A stretch of DNA of 63,795 bases, the filler included. It is 4 parts of 4 records of this genome, joined end to end, with 100 filler letters (N's around TTAATTAATTAA, not from the genome) between each part and the next. Parts side by side here need not be neighbours in the genome. Positions count along the whole stretch, not along the records: positions 28,477 to 42,891 come from DRR723986_7688; positions 42,992 to 56,661 come from DRR723986_7694; 2 more parts are not named here. One strand, 5' to 3'. Made by a program: the position numbers and the translations under genes. The notes beneath the pieces were generated by a model that did not search any database, was not told the DNA's origin, and was given only the letters and a program-made list of their open reading frames with translations. Each line of letters starts with the position of its first letter. Position 1 is the first letter of the stretch. Positions 41,309 to 48,701 of this stretch are shown here, piece by piece.

Positions 41309-42376
41309 ATGAAAAATACAGCTGTTAAACCCGGAATCAGATTTGTGTTGATTCTTCTCAGTTCCACATTTTGTTTAATCAGCGCCGGCCCCGCTGCGAC
41401 TATAGCTCAGATAGTCCCGCTGACGGATGGCAACGTCTGGGTATATCAGGTTCTGGAAAACCGCGAGACATATCTCTCAAGTGGTGATACTTCACGCTTT
41501 GATGCCGAGTATTTTGTGCGTTATGACGTTAAGGGTGATACGGTGCTGAATGGTGAGGCCTACAAGGTTGTATCAATTCATGAGTCTGGGCCTGCCACAC
41601 CTCACACACAATTAGCGTTCTTCCGGACGGACGAAAAACGCTACGAGCGGCTACGTACGGTTTGTGATGATACAAGATTAAATGTAGCAATTGGCGACGC
41701 TCCAGCTGCAGAGGCAGCTAAAGCACGTGAGCGAATTTTGGCTTGCGGCACAGAGGAATTATACACTAGCTACTCAGAGATTTTTGGCGACGGCCGGTCC
41801 AGCATATTTGGCGCAGGTCTATTTTTGGAGAGTGTCATTGAATATGGTGGCTTTTCGACTGATGAGCTTCTTAACGGCGAAAGAACCTACACAAAGATTC
41901 TACCAGGCTGGGGCGTAGTCGAATTTACAGCAACCGAAATTTCAACCATGTTACCTCAGGATGACGTGGTCAAACCTGAATATATAATTACAAAATATGC
42001 GTATCTGTGTGCGGCACAGTTAGACGGAGAACTCTACGGAGACGTCGATATAATCACTTCAGTTGACTCGCCAGAGAACTATTCAAAAACATCAGACCTG
42101 TATTCAATCGGCGTGTTTCCAAATCCAACGAGATCACAGTCAAAATTCGCTGTGCAGCTAGATTCGGAACCGGAAGCCACACCTGCCGAATTTTCGCTTG
42201 AACTGAGAGATAATCTGGCGCGCACGTTAGGCCTGTATGCCAGCGGAACAATCCTCCCCGGCACGCAGCAAACGATCGAGCTAGCCCACAGAAATCTGCC
42301 AACCGGCCTGTACTGGATTCTGTTACGCGTCGATGGGCAGGTGCAGGTACGAGCCCCCTTGCAAGTCATTCGCTGA
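41309..42376 (+). CDS. Secreted hypothetical protein with T9SS CTD
   Basis: Signal peptide; PLTDGNVWVY...GDTVLNGEAY; VFPNP...TGLYWILL. Confidence 0.75.
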   Translation: MKNTAVKPGIRFVLILLSSTFCLISAGPAATIAQIVPLTDGNVWVYQVLENRETYLSSGDTSRFDAEYFVRYDVKGDTVLNGEAYKVVSIHESGPATPHTQLAFFRTDEKRYERLRTVCDDTRLNVAIGDAPAAEAAKARERILACGTEELYTSYSEIFGDGRSSIFGAGLFLESVIEYGGFSTDELLNGERTYTKILPGWGVVEFTATEISTMLPQDDVVKPEYIITKYAYLCAAQLDGELYGDVDIITSVDSPENYSKTSDLYSIGVFPNPTRSQSKFAVQLDSEPEATPAEFSLELRDNLARTLGLYASGTILPGTQQTIELAHRNLPTGLYWILLRVDGQVQVRAPLQVIR

Positions 42377-42715
42377 GTTATATATAGTAGAAATGCAGTT
42401 GCACACCCCACTGCGCCTATGTGTTTATTGTTGCGTCCGTTGGTGCGGGCAGGACGCAACCACAGTGGCTGAGGGCGCGGAATTTGCACTTAAAGTGCTC
42501 GACGCACTTGGTCGTGACGCGGGCAGTAGCACTGAGGGCCTCCCGGACGACTCGGGCCTAACAGGTTTTGGGTTTGATGTCTCGGGGCTGTCGCGCGGTT
42601 TTGACACTGTGGTTCTTCAGCTTGACGGGCAGGAACTTGTCAGTCAAGCATTGATTAAGCTTTTATATTGTTGCCTAGGCAACTAATTTCACATAGACTT
42701 ACCGCTTGATTACAG

Positions 42716-42816
42716 CGCCACTCTCCCCTTTGGGTCTTGTGGCTTGTTTTCTGGCGGTCTTGTTAGTTTTTGAGCTTGGCTGACGGGCTAACAGCCCCGA
42801 TTCTCAAGTATCTGAG
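42716..42816. repeat. Partial copy C of the dispersed element
   Basis: TTTGGGTCTT..GGCTTG; GTCTTGTTAGTT (42757-42768) is the exact reverse complement of 40730-40741; GTATCTGAG also in copy B. Confidence 0.5.
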
Positions 42817-42890
42817 TCATAGTCTTAGAGTCTCAAATACTGCGGCGGCTCTCCTGACAGAAACTCAGAGGGCCCACCCTCCCAAGGAAA

Positions 42891-42991
42891 ANNNNNNNNN
42901 NNNNNNNNNNNNNNNNNNNNNNNNNNNNNNNNNNNTTAATTAATTAANNNNNNNNNNNNNNNNNNNNNNNNNNNNNNNNNNNNNNNNNNNN
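42891..42991. other. Artificial contig spacer
   Basis: N-run with TTAATTAATTAA. Confidence 0.98.
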
Positions 42992-43057
42992 GGGTCCTCC
43001 CTCCACCGGCGTCTTGAGAGATCGCATGACGCGGTTTCACCGATAGGAGGAATTTTT

Positions 43058-43471
43058 ATGGATGTAGAAACTGAACGTGAAACCCATGAACTGGTGCTGG
43101 CAGTCATTTGCCAGGGCCGACTTCTGGCACAGGAATGGCGTGAAGTTGGGCTGGTTCCGCAAGGAACTACCAGGCCTTTCGTCCAAACCCTGCTCGACAG
43201 CCTGAGCGAGCGTCGGGGGCTCGAAGAGGTGGACGAAGAACGCATTGCTCTCGTCGGCGACCAACTCCGGCGTTTCACCAATGCTTACCGTGAAGGCCTC
43301 GGGGACCAAGCCCTCGAGACAGATGTCGCAACGGAGCATTTTTATGATGTCAAAGCTATCGATCTGGTCAACCTCGCCTGGCGCTGGAAGCAGTTCCGCA
43401 AGGCCCAAAGGGAGCTGGACGACAAGATCGCTGCGATCCGGGAGACAGAGCGGATGCTATCTGGAATCTGA
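43058..43471 (+). CDS. Hypothetical protein (island-associated)
   Basis: Strong AGGAGG RBS; 137 aa, helical; no family recognised. Confidence 0.7.
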   Translation: MDVETERETHELVLAVICQGRLLAQEWREVGLVPQGTTRPFVQTLLDSLSERRGLEEVDEERIALVGDQLRRFTNAYREGLGDQALETDVATEHFYDVKAIDLVNLAWRWKQFRKAQRELDDKIAAIRETERMLSGI

Positions 43472-43646
43472 AGAGCAAGAGATTTCAGGAGTGGATCTTG
43501 TGATGCAAAATTAGGTTTCAAACCCCTGCAAAAAATCCTTTTGCAACATTCCGTTTGAGCCATTTCCTCAAAACCGTCGCCTTGGGTGGCGGTTTTCGCA
43601 AACCAAGGCGGCCCCAACGACAGGCTGTCGACCAAGAGGAAACCAA

Positions 43647-43907
43647 ATGAACACAGCAATCATGATGATGGCAATGTATAACGCCCAAGCGATCATCGCT
43701 TCAGAAACAGTCGCGCGGGATTGGTTCAAACTTTCTGTCGGGAAGTTCCATGAGAAAATCCGAGCCGGAGAAATTCGGCTTCCGCTCGTGCTCATGGAGG
43801 AAGAAAGCCAGAAGTGTGCCAAGGGTGTCCATCTGGTTGACCTGGCGGACTACATTGATGCACGCCGTGCAGCCGCCGAGAAAGAACTAAAGCTGATGGG
43901 GCACTGA
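43647..43907 (+). CDS. Pyocin activator PrtN-family (excisionase-like) DNA-binding protein
   Basis: MNTAIMMMAMY...VARDWF...KIRAGEIRLP...SQKCAKGVHLVDLADYIDARR; GAGGA RBS. Confidence 0.85.
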   Translation: MNTAIMMMAMYNAQAIIASETVARDWFKLSVGKFHEKIRAGEIRLPLVLMEEESQKCAKGVHLVDLADYIDARRAAAEKELKLMGH

Positions 43908-43914
43908 GACGATC

Positions 43915-44172
43915 ATGACAACATTGATGCTGTTATTGGCCCGCCATGATGGGCAAGAAGAAATCCCTTTCCGCCAAATGGCAAGGGAGTACTTTGGACT
44001 GGAACCGGAAGCTCTTGAGCGAAAGATCAAAAAGGGAAAAGTCATGTTTGATTTCCCAACGTCAGGCAAAAAGGCACTTCACACTGGAAAAATACCCCTC
44101 ACCTATTTGGCCCGTTACATTCAGGAACGACGCGCTGCCGCAGTCGTCAGAATGAAAGACTATTCGTTGTAA
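43915..44172 (+). CDS. Second, divergent PrtN-like protein
   Basis: MTTLMLLLARHDG..IP...REYFGL...RKIKKG...IPLTYLARYIQERR parallels the upstream gene. Confidence 0.7.
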   Translation: MTTLMLLLARHDGQEEIPFRQMAREYFGLEPEALERKIKKGKVMFDFPTSGKKALHTGKIPLTYLARYIQERRAAAVVRMKDYSL

Positions 44173-44388
44173 TGAGCTTTTGCCGATGAAAGGCGAGATA
44201 AGTTAGTGTCAGACACCGGGTCAGACTTAATTCCAATCAAATCCTCTGTCCCTCACCCTGGAGGGGCAGAGAGAGGGAACCAGCTGAGGTGGCGAGATCA
44301 CGCTTCGTCGGATTCAGAAAATGAAACATGAGCGGAGAGTTGCCGTTCGTTGCGTTGCACGTGAGTGACCGGCTTGCGAACGCCCCAC

Positions 44389-45396
44389 TTAACGAATTTC
44401 TTCCTCGGAGTTCTCGGTCCATGTGGGACATGTAAGCCTATCGGAACCTCTTGAGTAATAGTGGCACTTCCCCCGATTACGGCATCCATTTGTCCAGTCC
44501 TTTAAGAACTGGGGGTTGGCGATCAGATCGCGGCATACGCCCAGGTCAACATTCTCCGGAAGATCACCTGAAAAGTTCGAAATTTTCCCGGAAACGATAA
44601 ACCGCTGCTCGGGAAATGCTTGGGCGACCTGCAAACTATCTTTGAGCCTCTGAGAAATATGATGTTCGGTAGAAGGATAAATTAGCCTCTTGTCGATATT
44701 ATAGTAGCCCGAAGATAAGTCTACAAATTTGAACTGAAGCGGAACGACGTCGTCGGCGCCGTCCAGAATTCCTCTCCTGTCAAACTCAGAATCTCCAGTC
44801 CTCATAGACCAACGAATCGATGTTTCGATTTTTTGGCTGCGCAAAGAATCCGCCAACTTAGCCATTCCTTCTTGCGCATGCCCAGAAAGATCACTGAGGC
44901 CCCGATCAAGCAGCAGATTTGGCAAATACCCGTGCGCTGCATGGATTTGAATGTGCCCGTAACCGTGGTCGACCGCCATTTGCGCGGCGTTCTTGAATTT
45001 GTCTATAACATCAGTGATATCTTTTCGCGTCATGCCCGCAAGAAGCTTGCGGGCAGCTTCAATTGTCCTGTGTGGCTCGCGGAATACAAAACTCCGTTGA
45101 CCGAGGTAGTCGGGCCAAGTTGTAGCAAGCTGGATTCCAGGAAGGGAACCGGCGCCTGAGATTACATTTGCGACGTCTGCCCATTGAAAACTCTCCGACA
45201 GCTCTGGCGTTTGAACATTGGTTCCAACACCGCCCGGCACCACTACATTGCCGACGATGGCACAGTGTAAGTCTGGCGAGCTTCGACTTCTGTAGAATTC
45301 CAAAAATTGCTCATCTGGAACGCCATCGTTAACGAATCCGGTATTGACCCCGAGAAAGAATGTACGTCTATTTTTCAAGGTGGCGGTAACGTTCAT
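44389..45396 (-). CDS. Old Yellow Enzyme-like NADH:flavin oxidoreductase with C-terminal Cys motif
   Basis: GIQL, IQIHAAHGYL, CRDLIANP; C-terminal CRNRGKCH...C; start ATG 45396 lies inside the MazG-like gene. Confidence 0.8.
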   Translation of the reverse strand: MNVTATLKNRRTFFLGVNTGFVNDGVPDEQFLEFYRSRSSPDLHCAIVGNVVVPGGVGTNVQTPELSESFQWADVANVISGAGSLPGIQLATTWPDYLGQRSFVFREPHRTIEAARKLLAGMTRKDITDVIDKFKNAAQMAVDHGYGHIQIHAAHGYLPNLLLDRGLSDLSGHAQEGMAKLADSLRSQKIETSIRWSMRTGDSEFDRRGILDGADDVVPLQFKFVDLSSGYYNIDKRLIYPSTEHHISQRLKDSLQVAQAFPEQRFIVSGKISNFSGDLPENVDLGVCRDLIANPQFLKDWTNGCRNRGKCHYYSRGSDRLTCPTWTENSEEEIR

Positions 45397-45721
45397 CGTT
45401 TTTCGACATTTTCTTGAGGAGATCGCTCTCGATATCGGCACCCAATACGCTCGCAAGTCTGATGATGTAGATTATGGCGTCAGCAAGTTCTTCCCGAAGT
45501 TCAGGAGAGGCTAAATCGAGAGAGACACCATCATATCCGTCTATTCGTGAAGTTAAATCAGCTTTCTTTAGAAGGTTAGCAAACTCGCCGACCTCCCCAA
45601 TAAGTCCCACTGTGTCTCGCGTAAGCTGCGCAATACGTTCCACATCGGTCTGTAATTCTTTCGAGAAGCCCCGTCTTACATCCGCCTCAATTTGGCGCTG
45701 AGCGATCTTCGACAGTTCCAT
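45368..45721 (-). CDS. MazG-like all-alpha NTP pyrophosphohydrolase (dCTPP1/RS21-C6-like)
   Basis: GEVGEF and EELAD metal-binding motifs; KMSKNDERY tail; TGATG coupling to the upstream gene. Confidence 0.85.
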   Translation of the reverse strand: MELSKIAQRQIEADVRRGFSKELQTDVERIAQLTRDTVGLIGEVGEFANLLKKADLTSRIDGYDGVSLDLASPELREELADAIIYIIRLASVLGADIESDLLKKMSKNDERYRHLEK

Positions 45722-46503
45722 CACTTCGTCCTTCTAAAGAATGCAACACCGAGAGCCAAAATGGCAATGATCCCTGACGCGACTAAGCTTCCCATCACAC
45801 CATACAGGTGATTGAGGAGTTTGCTCTCGACCTCGACAAGATAAAGTGTAAGTCCGTTAATACCTATTGCAAGTACAAGGGCTGCAAGCAACCAAAGCAT
45901 TCGTGTCTCAAGTTGGCGGATTATCACCCGAGTAGCTTCCGGCAGTAAAGCCAACGCTTCCTTTTGCTCCGAAAAAACTCGGCTGTCTTGTGAAACCTCT
46001 TTATGCGTTTTTTGCAGTTGTGTCTTTATCGGCCAAATATCTAACTGGAAACCATGCTGACCTTTGTACAGTTTTGTTGATGGTTGGCTAAGTGTGGTGA
46101 AATCTGCCTTCGCTATGGGTTCACCCTGAGACAGTTCTATATAATGATTGCTGAAATTTTGCGTAACAATGCCCAATTTTCCGGAAAATCCTGGATCCGC
46201 ATATGTTGCCACCGGGCTAAGCCCGACGCTGAATAAAGACCCCTTACTCACAACTCGAGATACCATATTAGAGGGCACATCGAACTCTTCTTGGGTAATT
46301 AGAACGACCCGATGACCTGGCTTGATAAGCACTTTCTGGCCAGCCGTGAGCTCAAACCGTTTTCCGTTTTCGGAGAGGTCGTAGTACACGTTGCCTAACC
46401 GAAGCTGGTAGCTGGAGCCTTCAACCATTTTTTCGTCGATGCCAGTCAGCAGCCTGCCCGACTTCATCGCTTCTTCAAGATCCAAATTGCTTAGGGTGGT
46501 CAT
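45721..46503 (-). CDS. dCTP deaminase/trimeric dUTPase-fold protein with two C-terminal TM helices
   Basis: SSYQLRLG, IKPG, SKGSL, ADPGFSGKL, GEPIA; TMs MLWLLAALVLAIGINGLTLYLV and LYGVMGSLVASGIIAILALGVAFF; GAGG RBS. Confidence 0.8.
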   Translation of the reverse strand: MTTLSNLDLEEAMKSGRLLTGIDEKMVEGSSYQLRLGNVYYDLSENGKRFELTAGQKVLIKPGHRVVLITQEEFDVPSNMVSRVVSKGSLFSVGLSPVATYADPGFSGKLGIVTQNFSNHYIELSQGEPIAKADFTTLSQPSTKLYKGQHGFQLDIWPIKTQLQKTHKEVSQDSRVFSEQKEALALLPEATRVIIRQLETRMLWLLAALVLAIGINGLTLYLVEVESKLLNHLYGVMGSLVASGIIAILALGVAFFRRTK

Positions 46504-46890
46504 CGCGTTCTATCCTCAAACTTCGTTTTGTATTTTTGCAAAAAATCTGATTCAGCCTTAACATGCCTGTAGGTTGCAGCAAGGGACCAGATCTGTGCCA
46601 AGGCAGAAGTTTGACGAATCCACCTGATGAAGGCTTTTGCCACTACCACAAATCCAGCGCATCAAAATTTGAAAAACAGCACCGTTGCCTGTAGCGACTA
46701 CTATCGCAACTAAGTATTGAAGCAGACCATTCGTAGAGCAACACTTTAACGGCAACTCAGGGCCGAAAGTACCATCAATCTCGAAAGACATCTCGGAAAC
46801 TATATCGTTGTGAAGCAGGACGGGGGAGTTAAACTTCTCTGCCATATGCGTTCCAATTTTGAATTCCCTTTGCAGCTCCAAATCAGATCT

Positions 46891-47175
46891 GTGCTACAAA
46901 TCCACGACCAAAAGCCTCACCAAAAAAAACGGTGCTACAATCAGTGCTACAAAATCTGAAGACACCTCATACGCCCAATAAAACAAGGGTTTTCAGAAGC
47001 GCCCCACCCCATCCATCATGGGTGCCACGCTTAAACGCGCTGCATTTTGTGCGTTATTTTTCAAAGCGTTAGCTCCATTCACATCTAAGAACCGTGTAGC
47101 ACGATTTCCTTGGTTTTCTCTGCATTTCCCGGGGTTTTTGGGGGTTTTCGATTCGAGTGTGCTACGGTGTAGCAC
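46891..47175. repeat. GTGCTACA/TGTAGCAC repeats flanking the att core (putative integrase arm-type sites)
   Basis: Direct at 46891, 46932, 46944 and 47159 (7-mer); inverted at 47095 and 47168. Confidence 0.7.
47011..47040 (-). pseudogene. dusA: Displaced 5' fragment of dusA (attachment-site junction)
   Basis: Encodes ARLSVAPMMD, the DusA N-terminal motif, then leaves the expected WTD continuation (reads GVGRF*). Confidence 0.8.
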
Positions 47176-47329
47176 ATCCGGAGGGCTCCGACAGCGGCCA
47201 GAATGCAGCTGGTTCCGTTGCCGGGCTCCACCTTCCCATCATCTCTCTCATTTTCGGAAATCGGTTATCAAACCCCGAATATTTTTTTCGTGTTCGAACC
47301 GACTTCCCCATCACCGAAACCAAGATGGG

Positions 47330-48319
47330 ATGAATTCCATGACCAAGATCGACATCAGCACCAAAGAAGTTCTCGCTGCCATTGCCGCAAAGAATGCCTG
47401 GCGCCCCGCAACCACCCAAAACGATCCTGCGGACTTCGACATTACTTCCGCTGACAGACCCCTTCCACCAGTTGTTACGAAAGGAAAAAAACCTCTAAAG
47501 AAGCCACCTCAGAAAGCCAAAAAGGGAAAGCCCCAGGAAAAGTTCGACGAACCGAACATCTCGGAGATTGTCGGGAGGGAAGGTGTTGTCTCGTATAGAG
47601 TTCAAATCCGCAGACGTGTGGATGGCAAGCAGCACAGCCTCGCCAGAACGTTCCGGCACCTGCCAAATGCAAAGAAATGGAGGAACCAAAAACTTCTGCA
47701 ACTCGAAGTGAATGGGTTTCCCATTCAAATTGTCACAGAGACGACCGTCTCTGACATCATCAAAGACCGTCTGGATCGCGGGAAAATCATGGGACGCTCA
47801 GCCCTTCAGGTTCTGAACTACATCAAAAACGACGAATTCGGGAAAACCAAGGTCTCAGCCCTGACGCAGCAGGAGCTCTACGAAGATGCCGATCTCTTGT
47901 CGGCAGGTAAAAGAACACCACAGACGGTTGCAGGGTATATGACGCATCTGGCGAGAACCCTGAAGTGGGCAAAGGGCCGGGGTATATTGATCCCGATCGA
48001 AGTCGTTGGCGCGGCCATGCGGACGTTGTGGGAGGATGAAATCCTGGCGCGCTCAGAAGAACGGGAACGGCGACCGGAACTCTGGGAGCTCGACAAAATC
48101 CTGACTGCAGTTTCCGAAAACACCCGCCAGAAAACCCCAGTCGCAATCCTGATGGTCTTTGCGACCTAGTCTGCTCGTAGACTGAGCGAGATCTGTCGCC
48201 TGCGATGGGATGACCTTCAGGAGAAGAAAAGTAAAATCTGGGTGCGCGACATGAAGCATCCCAGAAAGCAGAAGGGGAATGATGTTTTGTGCACCCTCCC
48301 CAGAGAAGCACTCGCAATC
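47330..48319 (+). pseudogene. dusA-associated-type tyrosine integrase, inactivated by an in-frame TAG and a 3' truncation
   Basis: YRVQIRR...RTF arm domain; R.RRP; MVFAT*SARRLSEICRLRWDD...VRDMKHPRKQKGND; HxxR and catalytic Tyr region missing. Confidence 0.85.
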
Positions 48320-48482
48320 GGTGCATCAAAATACGCCCGGACTGTTTCAGGCATCTCGTTCCACACCCCGCGTTCACGCACTTCGGCAGATGCGCAATCG
48401 CATCGTCAACCATCTTGTGCGCCAACACACGGCTACGTTCCCAATCCTCTGGATCAAGGGTTTCTTCAAAGCCAATACTCAT
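48317..48482 (-). pseudogene. 5' fragment of a PLP-dependent aromatic-L-amino-acid decarboxylase, frameshifted
   Basis: EETLDPEDW...AHKMVDDAIAHL [frameshift] AEVRERGVWNEMP. Confidence 0.65.
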
Positions 48483-48701
48483 TGTTCAAATCCCCCAAAA
48501 CCAATCAAAAGAAGCATGGGTGGGTTTGGTTCAAATGCCTGAAAAAAACGGCCCCCAAGACGAGCCTTGATGAGGTTGAAAACAGCTCTCAGAACGCGCC
48601 TCTGCAACTGCTTTTGAAAAAAGCCTATGCAAGTGGTGCGATCCGAGTTATGGTTTATTGAGATTAAAAGTCTCAATAATTGAAAAGTAGGGAGGGAAAC
48701 T

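Larger units (their letters stand above)
42992..47010. mobile_element. End of a dusA-integrated genomic island/prophage-like element
   Basis: PrtN-like genes plus cargo operon ending at a dusA-fragment junction with GTGCTACA repeats. Confidence 0.6.

Noticed and set aside
42670-42683. 14-bp palindrome GTTGCCTAGGCAAC
   Set aside because: Single occurrence, no loop or recognisable operator consensus
46558-46881. 107-aa ORF as a fourth gene of the candidate defence operon
   Set aside because: TTG start, no RBS or motifs seen; a remnant or small partner cannot be fully excluded
47018-47329. N-terminal extension of the integrase ORF
   Set aside because: Runs through the att core and repeat sites; protein-like sequence begins at ~47330
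48167-48169. Possible programmed TAG readthrough or recoding in the integrase
   Set aside because: TAG is a normal stop in neighbouring genes and the gene is also 3'-truncated; pseudogenisation is simpler
47823-48316. C-terminal part of the 219-aa minus-strand ORF
   Set aside because: Antisense to the integrase; only the first ~55 codons are a real decarboxylase fragment
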